Made by a program: the position numbers and the translations under genes
Notes under the pieces: generated by a model
Seen by the model: only the letters and a program-made list of their open reading frames with translations
What the model was told of the DNA's origin: nothing
Databases searched by the model: none
Assembly: GCF_006345805.1 (NCBI RefSeq)
Contig: NC_043012.1
Span: forward strand, 20,832,001 to 20,896,000
Length of the DNA stretch: 64,000 bases
Origin: Octopus sinensis
Lineage: Eukaryota
Reading direction: 5' to 3'
In this document: positions 39,746-52,961 of the stretch, in pieces
Layout of the letters: every line of letters starts with the position of its first letter
How positions within the stretch are numbered: the stretch's first letter is position 1

Positions 39746-40494
39746 GTGTGTGTGTGTGTGTGTGTGAGTCTGTGTGCTTGTATATATTAAGGTGAATAAG
39801 GTACTTAAATGGTAAGCCACTGTGTCGGGTCAAAATTGAAAATGTATACACTTTTTAATCACTTTTATATTTGTTTTGATTTAGCAAACTCATTTTGCGA
39901 CCAGCGATGATCCTGGAATTATGAAATATGCAAATGCCGTGTATTTTAAATGTTCCTAATAATGTCGCTCGTGTATTAACCTGAAGAAAACAGTTTTATA
40001 AAACTATATAATGTGCCCATTAATCGTTGGACATAACTATAACGTATTGACACCTATACATCGTTTGTTATATATATATATATATATATATATTTGTGTG
40101 TGTGTGTGTATGTGTGTATGTGTGTGTGTGTGTGTGTGTGAAGTATATGTGTGTATGCGTCTGCGTATTATATTTGTTTCAATACGAGAAAATTTTCGAG
40201 GTCATCAAGAAAAGGCAGAAAGTAAAAATGGAAGCCGTGATATAGGGCTTGAAAGAATGACACTATGAGAGGCTTTCGTACGGCGTCAACATTGCACAAA
40301 CTGCATATAAGATCTGTAATCAGAATATAATATATTTTGATATATCATATCAAAAGTATGCATATTTTGTTATTAAAGTTACATTTGACAGCAATTTATA
40401 CACTAACAAAGATTTAATATTGTTCTCAGGACTGAAACTAGCAGCTGAGGATATATGTTCCTCAGATATTGTTATATTCTCTATACATGGGGGA

Positions 40495-40713
40495 TATTCT
40501 TTTGTACTCTAGGCACAAGGCCCGAAATTTTGGGGGAGGGGGACCAATCGATTAGATAGACCCCAGTACGCAACTGGTACTTAATTTATCGACCCTGATA
40601 GGATGAAAGGCAAAGTCGACCCCGGTGGAATTTGAACTCACACCGTAAAGACAGATGAAATACCGCTAAACATTTCGACCGGCGTGCTAAAGTTTCTGCC
40701 ATCTCGTCGCCTT
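40495..40713 (-). mobile_element. SINE family A, tail type 2
   Basis: Full-length reverse match to 54675-54875. Confidence 0.88.
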
Positions 40714-40773
40714 AGGCATAGTGTATACAATTGTCATAGAGGCAATATTCTACTTAATTATTTATTATTTCTA

Positions 40774-41160
40774 CTAGCAGTATCGCCCGGCATTGCTCAG
40801 GTTTGTAAGGGAAATAACTATAAAGCATTTTTAGAGAGTTATAGCCAAAAAATAGCAAAAAAATAGAAAAAAAATGATGGTAAATTTTTTTTTGAGAGTA
40901 AAAAAAGGTTGAGTTGCGTCCCCTAGACAGTCTGTGGTTTATTTTTTTTGATTCTCGACCCCATGTCGAATTTATCGATTTTTTTCAGAACTGGGGGAAC
41001 TTTTCAAAATTTTCGCTGCGTTAGTTTTGAATTATGACATTGGGCTATGTGTGTGTCAAGTTTCATCAGAATCGGTTGAAAGCCGTGGTCAGAGTGAGGG
41101 TACGAGAAAACAGACACACAGAAACACGCACAGACAAACTGCCGTTTATATAGAGAGAGA
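40774..41160 (-). mobile_element. Non-autonomous Helitron (387 bp)
   Basis: Minus strand A|TCTCTCTCTATATAAA ... imperfect hairpin CCTGAGCAATGCCGGG then CTAG|T: TC start, CTAG end, AT insertion site. Confidence 0.75.
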
Positions 41161-41330
41161 TTATAGACACACCTCGAGGCATTTAAGAGGAAGGAGGAAG
41201 TCGATCGTATTTGAACCAGTACTTGATTGGCGTTTCAATTTGTGGTCACAGAAGGAGAACAGGCAAAGTTGGCCTCGATACGGTGGAATTTAACGCATCA
41301 TAGGGTAAAAAATTACATTGCCCAACATTG

Positions 41331-41700
41331 ATGCGTAAAGAAGTGCCTATCTTTAACTGTGGAGGGAACATGTGGAAGGGGTAGATCCAGGAAGACATGG
41401 GACGAGGTGGTGAAGCATGATCTTCGAATGCTGGTTGTCACAGGGACGACGAGAAGTGATCGAGGCGTTTGGGGATTTGCCGTGTTTGGGAAGTTAAGCC
41501 AAGAGAAACCATAGTCGTTGGCCAGTGCCGATGACACGTTAAAGGCACCGAGTACACTCATGGAGTGGTTGGCGTTGGGAAGAGCATCCAGCCGTTGACT
41601 CCAAGTCAAATCAGACCGGAACCCGGTACAGTTCTCCGGCTTACCAGTTCCGATCAAACCATCTAACCCATGTCAGCATGGAAAACGTACGCTAAATGAT
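41331..41700 (+). mobile_element. RTE-clade LINE 3' end with (GAT)n tail
   Basis: CVKKCLSLTVEGTCGRGRSRKTWDEVVKHDL...DRGVW, matching the RGRPRKTW / DR..W C-terminal pattern; followed by (GAT)n 41696-41846. Confidence 0.85.
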
Positions 41701-41777
41701 GATGAGGACAATGATGATGATGATAATGATGATGATATGATGATGATGATGATGATGATGATGACGACGACGACGAC

Positions 41778-41847
<70 letters not shown>

Positions 41848-42326
41848 GCGATAATTACTCTAACTTCTACATGATTAACACACACCCGTATACGATTGTC
41901 GTCGCCCACCCGCCCGAACAGTACACTATCACTATATAATCACACACACAGAGCAAACAGTAATCTTATTCAGCCACATAATTACAGAGTACATACACAG
42001 CATACGCACACACACACACACACACAGATACACACACGCACGCATACACAAACACAATCTCTCACACAGATTACTGACCACCTTCTGAAAGACAGCAACT
42101 TAATCGTATTGGCAATTAGACAGATGTATGAATATAGCGATATTCTTATTTATTGATATTTTCACAGACTGATAACTAAGCGGTTAACTAACGCTCGTAC
42201 AAATAGACGGTCGGCTCTTGTAGAATGGTATATTAAAAGACTGAAAGATATAGAGACACATTCGTTATCGCTTCATATCGAGACGTACAAACACATGAAA
42301 GGTTTAGCTATTTATGCATATGTGTG

Positions 42327-42368
<42 letters not shown>

Positions 42369-42371
<3 letters not shown>

Positions 42372-42424
42372 GTACATTCCTACAGAGGCAAAACTGTAGT
42401 TCAAAACTCCCCAAGAATTTGAAC

Positions 42425-42457
<33 letters not shown>

Positions 42458-42521
42458 TATATATAGTAGTACATTCCTACAGAGGCAAAACTGTAGTTCA
42501 AAACTCCCCAAGAATTTGAAC
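42369..42521. repeat. Exact 56-bp duplication separated by (TA)n
   Basis: GTAGTACATTCCTACAGAGGCAAAACTGTAGTTCAAAACTCCCCAAGAATTTGAAC at 42369-42424 and 42466-42521. Confidence 0.95.
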
Positions 42522-42562
<41 letters not shown>

Positions 42563-42577
42563 CGGGAGAGATAGAGA

Positions 42578-42680
42578 GACGCAGGAGTGGCTGTGTGGTA
42601 AGAAGCTTGCTTCCCAACCACATGGTTCCGGGTTCAGTCTCACTGCGTGGCACCTTGGCAAGTGCTTTCTACCATGGCTT
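42578..42680 (+). mobile_element. SINE family B, 5' head only
   Basis: GCAGGAGTGGCTGTGTGGTAAG..GGTTCAGTCTCACTGCGTGGCACCTTGGCAAGTG. Confidence 0.85.
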
Positions 42681-42702
42681 CGAACGGCAGACGAAATGCC
42701 AA

Positions 42703-43250
42703 TTTCTTAATTACCCACAGGGGGCCAAATACAGAAATGGAACAACTGATTGGGATCAATAATACGTTATGATTTTACATAAAACATGAATATAAAAATT
42801 ATATAAAATATTAAAAAATAATCGAATGAAATTAACAATCCAGAGACAACACAAATGGGGCGATGATCAGGCCATGCTCTGACCCCACAAGCCCCGATCT
42901 ATCGCTGGTACCTTTTCTTGTTTTTCTTTTATAGCCTATTCACACGGCTCCTTGCACGCACAACACTCGTGCAACATGCTTCCATCTCTTTTTGAACATA
43001 CTCTCCGATAGACAACTCTTCTCCAGCCACACGTTCCTTTTCAAATGAGAAGTAAAAAAATGATCGTAAATCGTGGCCGGGGATAAAGTTGCCAGTCTAA
43101 ATCCCTTTAATCCTAGTCTTCCATACTGCCTCTTTCGCTATTGCTACAACATTGAGAAAACAATTCTTACCTTTGTTTGTTAAAACTTCCGGTGGGTCAA
43201 TTTTTATAATTCACACAGTCGATAGCCTTACTCTTCCTTCGCTGGACGAC
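42703..43250 (-). mobile_element. Decayed L1/Tx1-like LINE 3' end (ORF2 terminus plus 3' UTR)
   Basis: Minus-strand FLNVVAIAKEAVWKTRIKG and FFTSHLKRNVWLEKSCLSESMFKKRWKHVARVLCVQGAV* (stop 42940-42942); AK.A.W..R and F..RW resemble Tx1-type C-termini. Confidence 0.55.
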
Positions 43251-43660
43251 AGGTGATCGGCATTAGCCCACATCGTTAACACGCCGAGCAAACAGCTTAG
43301 CGGCATGCCTTCCGTCTTTACATTCTCTGTTCAAATCCTTACATTTATTCTTTCAGGATCGATAAAATAAGTACCAGTTGTGTAATGGTGTCGATATAAT
43401 CGATTCCCCCCCACCACCACCACCACCCAAAAAATTATTTGTCTTCTGCAAAATTTGAAACCGATATTAATAGCTTATGCAGGGCGATGATCTGGCAAAA
43501 CCGTTAGCACGCCGGGCAAAATGCTTTGCGACATCGCTTTTCATGTTTTCGATGTCGATACAATAAGTACCAGTTGAGTACTTGGGTCGATATAATCGAC
43601 TTACTGCCTCCCACCTAAGTTGCTGGCCTTATGTCAAAATTTCAAATCAATATTAATAGC
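43250..43660 (+). mobile_element. Two tandem decayed family A SINEs
   Basis: CGTTA.CACGCCG.GCAAA..GCTT, GATAAAATAAGTACCAGTTG and GTCGATATAATCGA each occur twice. Confidence 0.8.
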
Positions 43661-45139
43661 TTAAGCTTATTTAATATTTTCTCTTGATAGATTATTGAAT
43701 TTGATAAAGTTTAGTTGAAACAAACTGCAATTATTTAAATCATTTGGAATTTATATCCTTTAGGTTGCCAATGAGGGCTGCAACATTCCTTAGTATCTCT
43801 CCGCGTTTCCATGACTGGATACACCTGTTCAGCTTAGTGGTTGAAATCTGTAATTACAGTAATTACAGTAATTAAGTCAGAGATGAAGTAGAATGCATGG
43901 TTAATAGCATTATAACTGCAGAGCGAAAAGAATTCGAAAACCTTTCCCTATTTGAAATACTGAAGCGAAAGGCTACGCTGGATAGTGTTGTATGTGGGTG
44001 TATATATAAATGACTAGATTAGGCAAATCTATGTATGAGCGCTTACATGCATGCATGCAGAGTTACGTACTCACACAAAACTATGGGTAGGTGTGCAAAT
44101 ACACGGGACTTTGTAGATAATCATCTTTGTATGCTTATATATGTATGTGTGTGTGCGTGTGTATGTGTGTGTGTAGAAATATGCATAAATATGTTTGCAT
44201 GAATATATGCGTATTAATGTATATATATATATATATATATACATACAGAGAGAGAGAGAGAGAGCGAAAAGATATATATTTATATGTATACAAAAAACAC
44301 ACACACGCACACACATATATGTAAAAATAGACCAAAATATTTACATAAATATATGTATATTTAAAGATAAACATAGATATACGGATTAGAAGCGTTAAGC
44401 AATGATTTATATAAACTTGTTGTCAATTCAAGTATGTTTTAGACATATTGGAACCCAAAGAAGGTTATCATTGCAGTTTGTCATAGAGAAATATTCTCGC
44501 TCTCGGCAAAACCATATAAACACATCATATCAGTTCCAAGCGTCTTACATATAGATTGATAGATGCATACATTTCGAAGTAGTTATCTTCTCATCAGCAT
44601 CACAACTGCAAAAGGAGGTGCAACTCCGAATTGATTAAGAGACAAGGTCCCTCTTGTTAGAATCCACTGAAAACAGTTTGACTTCTGGCGCTAAACAGCT
44701 GCGTGGCTGTAGCAAAACGCAGACTGCAAGAGCTAAAGAATGATTTATAGAGAAAAGTAAAACTTCAAATATGTTTGATACATACTCGAACACACAAGAA
44801 GGACATTCTCTGCATTTTGTGACACGGAAAAGGTCTCGCTGTAAACCAGAATGTATCCAGCGTTCTGGAGAGATGGCGCACGTAGAATCGATCTGGTGTG
44901 TTTACACCATTTTGTCAACAGTGAGAATATTTCTACATGACAAAATGCAGGATGTAGCCTTATTAAGTGATAGAATGTGTTTCAAATACATCTGAACTGG
45001 GAAGTTGATACATAAAGACACGCACATACAAACATAGACACAACTCACACACACACAAACACACGCATATATATCTACACACGCATACATATGTACATAT
45101 ACATATATATATATATGCGTGTATATATATATATATATG

Positions 45140-45169
<30 letters not shown>

Positions 45170-45174
<5 letters not shown>

Positions 45175-45392
45175 CTTTATTACCCACAAGGGGCTACACA
45201 CAGAGGGGACAAATAAGGACAGACAAACGGATTACGTCGACCCCAGTGCGTAACTGGTACTTAATTTATCGACTCCGAAAGGATGAAAGGTATAGTCGAC
45301 CTCGCCCGAATTTGAACTCAGAACGTAACGGCAGACGAAATACAGCTACGCATTTCTCCCAGCGTGCTAACGTTTCTGCCAGCTCGCCGCCT
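45170..45392 (-). mobile_element. SINE family A, tail type 1
   Basis: Near-identical to 22600-22806. Confidence 0.9.
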
Positions 45393-46181
45393 TTATATAT
45401 ATATATATGTGTGTGTGTGCGTGTATGTGTGTTTGTGTGTGTGCATATATATATACGTATATAAATGCGCACACACAGGCGCACATTTATAAACTAACCC
45501 AGTGAATAAGTATTTCCAATATTACACTTGAGAGGCATAGGAATGTATAAATTCCATAGTTACATTATCAAATACTATGAATAAGAAGATGAATATAAAT
45601 ATACATATATATTTATTAAAGTTTTTAACCTTTTTTTTTCATATCCTTTTTTTAATAAGATGTGATAGAATTTCACTTTATCGCAAGATGAAATTTTATT
45701 ACTTAACGCATTTGCCAAATGCATGTAGACACGATAATTTCTCGTTTGAATATTTTCAAGACGTTTTATCATTGAGATTAAATTTACAGAAAAGTGGAAG
45801 TGATGCTAAAGAAAAACGGGAATTTGAACACTTCGAGGTGTTTGCAAGTTAATATATGAAGATATGTTGCTTTGATATAAATTCAGAATATCTTCAAGAT
45901 GATAATCATCGATGTCATGGCACACTCAACACACACCCGCACGCACGCACACGCACACACACGCACATAAACAGACACTCATGCACACATAAACAGACAC
46001 TCATGCACACACACACACAGAGAGAGGCATACACACACAGTCACATACACAAACGCATATATATACACACACGCATATATATATATATGTATATATGTAT
46101 ATATATAATTATATATATACATATATGTATGCGCAAAAATATGTATATATGTTTCTGTATGCATATGTGTATATGTCTATA

Positions 46182-46224
<43 letters not shown>

Positions 46225-46848
46225 TTAGATTGATACATACAAGAATGCTTATAAATATTCACATATGTATATGCGCACAAATACAGGCGCATGTGTGTAA
46301 GTGCACGTGACTTTGAAGATAATTATCTTCGAGTAACATTTTATTAATATTATATGCATGCCAGTGTATGTATGTATGTATACACACGTACATACATATA
46401 TACGTATATTAACTAATACTTATACAGACATATCTTTATATATCTATTTGTAAATATTATATACTTATATGTGTATGTGTGCGTTTGTATGCCTCTGTGT
46501 GATTGTGTGATTGTGTGTGTGTGTGTGTGCTCGCCTGTGTACAAAATCTCATAAACACATCTATTTTACGGTTACCGCGTAACGGCGTATTTGGCTTTCT
46601 ATATTTATGTGTAAACATGCATGTATATAGAAAAATAGATTGCTAATTATGAACCTTTATATGCTTACATAATTATACGCATACACCCATGTCCATTTAC
46701 GTAATTGTATGTATTGCCAATATCTATAATATTATAGTTAGTAACACAACGTTGACGTTCGTATACAAATAAATGGATAAACACGAGTATGTATGTGATT
46801 GTATGTCTGCATATAGATGTCTGGATGTTCGTGTGTGTATATATATAT

Positions 46849-46897
<49 letters not shown>

Positions 46898-47052
46898 CAT
46901 GCATACATATACGCACACACAAATACACACACACACACACATATATATATATGTTAATATGATTGTATGAATGTAGGTATATATGTCTATACATATACAT
47001 ATTCATCTGTGTATATATGTGAATTCGCATATATACATATATATACACACAA

Positions 47053-47085
<33 letters not shown>

Positions 47086-47101
47086 ATATGTGTGTATATA
47101 T

Positions 47102-47133
<32 letters not shown>

Positions 47134-49179
47134 GCACATATGTATTTATATGTGTATGTATGTGCGTGTGTTGATGTGAATGTCTGCGTATGAGCATTTG
47201 CTTGATTACCGGATGAAATTCAAATTCCGTGATTAAAAATATTTTACAGCAACATATTACAATAGAAAATTAATAATCCGATTTCTATGAATATTTTCAA
47301 AATACATTTCTCCGCCTAATTTCGTTGCTACGAATTCTAGTAAAGAAGTATATAATATTAGATTTATATTCAAGCAGGATTTTTTTTCCTATTTAAATTT
47401 AATGTACAATTCGAGTAGTTAATTGAAACTCAAATGCATTTTATATCGATGTTGGATAAACTTTCCTCTCGTAAATTTCATTTCATAATCCTTCGTGGTA
47501 GGTATTCAGCCTGTCGTCGAAATATTAGAATATACTGTGATTTAAAAGTTATGCAATATTTTACTATTGTAATGTATAATGCTAGGGAGTTTACTCCTCA
47601 CTAGGTCATAAGAATATTAAGATCACAAGGGCTCTTTATCATGGGAATATCAAGTGATATCACATATCGGTTCACGAGAGACCTAGTTACTGAGATTGAC
47701 TGGGTTCACTAAATGAGCAAGTTTTACGTATCCTGGGGTTACAGATAAAACAAGATTTTCTAATCTAGATGACTAAGAGCCGTGACTAAACAGCTATCGT
47801 GGTTGAGCTTAATGTCAGTGATACGTCTCAGTTGTGCAACAAACATTGTGCTGCCTCATGAAAAAAGTTTAAATGTATTTTAACTTTTATGCTATTAAAA
47901 GGTTAGCGTAGTTCTTTCCATTTTTACTGCCAAAACATTGTCTCATATCATGTCACTTGCTAGGCAATTACAACTCTGGAATATTTTCCACAGGGCCAAT
48001 CCCAATAACTCATGGCTGCATACACATAGGAAGTCGGTCTCATATAACATAAGCAATGCATTTGGCAGGAAAAAATATAGTTTATTCAATATTTATGAAT
48101 ACGTAACTGGAACTAAATTTATGGATTCACAGCTGGAAGAAATCAAAATTGAACTTGATTGCATTTAAAATTTAAATACTTAAATATATTTAACGTAGAC
48201 AAACATGTAAGGAATAAGATATGGTTTAATTTTTTCCGCCGTAATATGTGACGATATAAACATTTTCGTTTGCTAATGGCATGCATTAGGAATATACTTT
48301 GCAGCGTAGAATTGCGGAGAAGTGCTTCGGGCTACATCAATACCGTTTCCTTAAATGAATGTTACTTCCTGTTATACATGCGTTCCGTTACGGATATATA
48401 TTCATCAACCCTTCATAACGTAGAAATCATAACCTAACCAGTGAAACTGTGAACTGAATCGATAGCCAAGTCATTTATTCGTTCCTTTTCTAGAGACTAA
48501 GTTCTATATATGCCATGCGTTGAACTTTAACTGTCGACTGTAAGCAGAACCGAAAAGGCTTTAGAATATGATAGCCCATCATATATTAATGGGTTCGATC
48601 TGCTGTGAGCCACACATAACAATTGTCTTCTGCAGAATCGTCGTATTTGCTCAAGTCTCTTTGTATAAACCGTCAGAAATCGTCTGAATTTCTGATTCAA
48701 GTTACTTGGTGGTTGATCAAAGGCGCAAACCAAATATAAAACCGTAACCTTACCTGTGTTCACTTTGTCCATGTCTGCCTCTAACTAGATATTGTGATAT
48801 CCAGCTTATTTCTACAGTAACCCGGTGGTACATTGGCAGTCTTTCTTATCACTTACCCAGATTTTCTGCTTCTTTTTAAAAAGGTTATGAGCTCCACCGT
48901 CTTCCGTTTCCAAAGCCATAAATATCATTTACATTTCAAATGTCAGGACATTTATGGCATTAAAGTAGTTTTATCATATTAATATCTTCATATTTGAAGG
49001 GTTTCCAAAATGCTTGAAAATATCAAAACGAAAATATTTACATTAGAAATTTGATATTTAATTGTATGATTTCATTATACTTCAACATACTTCATTATCT
49101 ACGGAAAGATCGCTGTTATGTAATCTACTCTAATAAAGTGGTTTTGTCGTTCTGTCTTCATTATTTTTATCATTAATAT

Positions 49180-49181
49180 TA

Positions 49182-49243
<62 letters not shown>

Positions 49244-49301
49244 AATAATAATGATAGTAGTAGTAGGAGTAGCAGCAGCATCAGTGGTAATAGTTGTGAT
49301 G

Positions 49302-49346
<45 letters not shown>

Positions 49347-49380
49347 GTAGTAGTAGTAGTAGCAGTAGCAGCAGCAGCAG
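49180..49380. repeat. (ATT)n/(GTA)n/(GCA)n compound microsatellite
   Basis: Directly visible. Confidence 0.95.
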
Positions 49381-49958
49381 TGTCATTTCAGCTCTCTTAA
49401 AGAAAGCAATAATTAAAGAGTTGTCTTAATTTCAATCATATTTTGTCATGTGAAATTTTGCTTTCTTTGATGCTTCTCTATAATCTCGTAACTTGAAAGG
49501 TGTGAGGTGTGACATGATCCATTCAAAGAGGGGCATTTGAATTATCTCGCAGAAAAATATTAAATATAAAGAAATACGTGCCAATGAAGAATAATAAACG
49601 CCTTAGCCACTTGTTGGCCATTTTATATTAAAAGCTGAACTGTTATTTATATTTCTAAGCTTTAATTATTTCTGGAAATAGGCAAACGATAAATTTTAAT
49701 TACAGAATTTGTACATCGAGTTATATATTAGCTATACCATACCACCATTATGGTGTAACTGTTGTCTGCTTCCGTGCGTAAGTTGTCGCTTCCAAATGTC
49801 ACAATAAAAGGTGAAGAGATGTACGCGACGCCCGAAAACCAATGTATTAAATACAATATGGTTAGGGTAAATAACTCGAAATAGTGTTAGGTATCCTATA
49901 TACACATTCTCTTCGACTTACGACCTATGTAAGTACATGAACAGCAAGCAAGTGTATT

Positions 49959-50045
49959 GAAAATGAAAAAGTTTTTACGTTTCGAGCTTATTTTCTTCAA
50001 CAGAGACGAATAAGAGAAAATAAACAGAGAACCAAAAAAAAAAAA
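49959..50045 (-). repeat. Short interspersed repeat with hammerhead-like motif (copy 2 of 7700-7790)
   Basis: Minus strand CUGUUGA-A-GAAA-AUAA-GCUC-GAAAC-GUA. Confidence 0.55.
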
Positions 50046-51119
50046 AACTTCTAGATTTCAGCTGCCCAGCATGTGTGTGTGGGTGTGACAACCTGTGATG
50101 GTATGCTTGCGTTCTCAAAACAAATACCGAACTTAAGAAATAAGTCCTGTGGTCTCTTTATTCGATGAAGACCCTCCCGGGGAGTACCTCAGGATTCCAT
50201 TAGCCGATGACTGAAGCTAGCACGAAAGAAAAAAAATATATTACAAATAGCGACTGGAAAATACTATATATGGGAAGTATATTGTGTGAGTATTTAGTGT
50301 GCAGAACACACTTTTGAACATCTTTTTTCCTTCAGGAACGAAATATTACGACGCTTGAACGTCAGCAATATACCTGAAGGAATACATCACGTGTTCAATA
50401 CACATACAGTACAATTCCATAGATGAAGTCAATGACGTAAAAATTTCCAATCCCTAACATAATCCATACAAATTGTACACAATTTTCAGTAAAAGTGCTA
50501 AAGACTGAAATCAGAAACTCAAAGTAGGTACTTGCAAATCAATAAGGTAATTGAAACTTTTGAAATATAAAGACATCGCAGGGAATAGGTTTGGGGGGAG
50601 TTTTTCATTTTTTATCACCGAAATTTTGTAAAAACAACGGATGAGTTTCTCTTTTATTATGTTTCCTTCTGCATGAGAATTCTTTACAGTTGTCGAAACG
50701 GTAAAGTGTTCAGAACATATACAAATGCCGCCACCATCTCCGAAGCTTTTGCTAATTATATTCATAATCGACAGGACTTCATCTGATTTTAATTTCTTTA
50801 CTTAATGACCAATGCTACGCCAAATGATCTTACTAAAATTTGTTGAGATCGAAACATACCTATTTCCTACATTTCTTAATAACAAGATCTAGTCTTATAC
50901 TCATTGATTTATTTTGCAAAGCTACCCCCTTTGAGTGTCGCATTTAAATACAAATAACACAGTTACAGAGAGTGTTTCTCTATGTTTTTTATGAATAAAA
51001 GGCAGTTAATCGATGGTTTCTTTTTTTTTTCTTTTTTTTTCAACTGGCAATTTTTCTTTTGCGAATGGGTGAACCTGACGTGACATAAGTAATTATTTTC
51101 TTTTAGAAAGCTAAAACAG

Positions 51120-51540
51120 TGATGCCGATGATAATCATAGTGGTACTGGTAGTGGTGGTGGTGGTGGTGGTGGTAGTGGTGGTCGTGGTGGTGGTGGTGG
51201 TAGTGGAGGAGGTAGTGGTGGTGGTTGTGGTGGTGGTGGTGGCGGTGGTAGTAGTGGTGGTAGTGGTGGTGGTTGTGGTGGTGGTAGTGGTGGTAGGGGT
51301 GGTGGTGGTGGTGGTGGTAGTGGTGTTATAGGCGTTGGTGGTTCAGTTGTGCAGGAGTGATGTTGACTGTTGTTGTGATGGTGAGGGTGCATCCAGTAGC
51401 TGTGGGGGGCAGTAGCACTGATTGTGGTTATGATGATGATGATGATGATGATAGTGATGAGGATGACGACGATGATGATGAGGAGGAGGAGGTGGAGGAG
51501 AGGAAGGCAGTTGTGGTGATGAGGATGACGATGATGTGGA
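51120..51540. repeat. (GTG)n/(GAT)n/(GAG)n compound microsatellite
   Basis: Directly visible; explains the poly-V, poly-P and poly-D ORFs. Confidence 0.9.
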
Positions 51541-51727
51541 TGCGCGTATACAATATGGATAAAATAATACATAAGCCGAATTTTCTAGAATTTTACTGCA
51601 ATTGTGTGAATAGCTTTTTGGCGCTGTCCCTTATATGTATCGCTCCCAATAAAACGACATGCTAAAACTGTTAATATAAATCAGTTTCCCAAAATCTTTT
51701 CTTCGAACATCATTCTCTAATTTCTCA

Positions 51728-52372
51728 TTCTTTTACCTTTTACTTGCTTCAATCATTGAAAGCAGCCATGCTAGAACAATGAATTGTAGTGTTTGGTAGA
51801 ACAAATCGATCTTAGTACTTTTTAAAGTGTGGTGCCTAGTTTATCGGATCTTTTGCTGGACCGATAAGTTATGGAGGCGTAAACAAATCAACACAGACTA
51901 TTAACATTATTTACATTATTTACATTTGACGGATATTTGTCCTCATCTTCTTTGTTGTTAACACAACGTTTTGGTTGATACACCCTCCAGCCTTCATGAG
52001 GTTGTGTTAATAAACAAACAAGATGAGGACAAATATCCATAAAATGTAAATAATGTGCATAATTCCTCATCTCTTCAAAATAGAACTGTACTGAATATTA
52101 AGTTTGGATGTGAGCACTCAAAACTCAAACCCAAACACACACATACATATGTATATGTATGTTTGTGTGTGTGTGTGTGTGTGTGTGAGTGTGTGTGTAT
52201 GTGTGTGTGTATAAATATAGTGACGACGGATTTCTTCAAAGTTTTCGTCTACCAAATTCGCTCCCAAGTTATTGGTCAGTCCGGGCTGTCGTGGAACACA
52301 CTTGCCCAATGTGCCACCCAGGGTGGATGAAATCGAAAGCACGTGGTTGAAAAGCGAAATTCTTAAGTACAC
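51728..52372 (-). mobile_element. Old family B SINE split by an insertion at about 51896-52090
   Basis: Tail part 51728-51895 (CAGCCATGCTAG, GACCGATAAGTTATGGAGGCGTAAACA) and head part about 52095-52372 (CGTCTACCAAATTC, ACTTGCCCAATGTGCCAC). Confidence 0.75.
51896..52090. mobile_element. Foldback insertion carrying a degenerate hammerhead (Penelope pLTR-like)
   Basis: Arms ACATTATTTACATTTGACGGATATTTGTCCTCATCTT..TTAACACAAC / GTTGTGTTAA..AAGATGAGGACAAATATCCATAAAATGTAAATAATGT; minus-strand spacer CUCAUGA-A-GGCUG..CAACC-AAAAC-GUU. Confidence 0.7.
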
Positions 52373-52584
52373 GTTAAAAACAACAATATCAATAATTTGA
52401 TACACACTGCTTTACCTACTAGCAGTATACGATCAGCTGAGGAGGGCGAAAATTAGCCATTGTATCAGGGGTGCCACACTAAATAGATGCTTATGTATGT
52501 ATCACAGTAATAGCGTCACAGTGTGTCTGAGATCAACACGTCTAACACGCTAAAATATAACTTAATCGTACCACGCCCTCACGG

Positions 52585-52762
52585 CCGTCTGCCGTTACGT
52601 TCTGAGTTCAAATTCCGCCGAGGTCGACTTTACCTTTCATCCTTTCGGGGTCGATAAATTAAGTACCACTTACGCACTGGGGTCGATGTAATCGATTTAA
52701 ACCGTTTGTCTGTCCTTGTTTTTCCCCTCTGTGTTTAGCCCCTTGTGGGTAGTAAAGAAATA
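52585..52762 (+). mobile_element. SINE family A, tail type 1, 5'-truncated
   Basis: GAGTTCAAATTCCGCCGAGGTCGACTTTACCTTTCATCCTTTCGGGGTCGATAAATTAAGTACC..GCCCCTTGTGGGTAGTAAAGAAAT. Confidence 0.9.
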
Positions 52763-52863
52763 GAGTGCCGTAATCGATGTCACTAAAGACTCACAAATCC
52801 ATCAGTTGTACCTAAATTGTCGCAGCGCATATTCAGGAAAACTAGTTTTTAATGAATTAAAGC

Positions 52864-52961
52864 TTATGCAGGACGCACTGTCGTATATAGGACCCGGAGT
52901 GATATTTTAGGCAAACTTTTGGAGAGAAAGAAACTGCGTCTTATATGCTATCACATACGGC
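52864..52961. mobile_element. Right-end remnant of an older Tc2/pogo-type element
   Basis: Ends TGCGTCTTATATGCTATCACATACGG, an imperfect reverse complement of the CCGTA..TATAAG.CGCA terminus at 53009. Confidence 0.5.

Noticed and set aside
50665-50706. CTGCATGA...GTCGAAACGGTA hammerhead-like string
   Set aside because: Extra base in the core and poor stems I and II; no paralogue in the window
51135-51665. Proline-rich, formin- or extensin-like ORF and overlapping acidic ORF
   Set aside because: Products of (GTG)n and (GAT)n microsatellites
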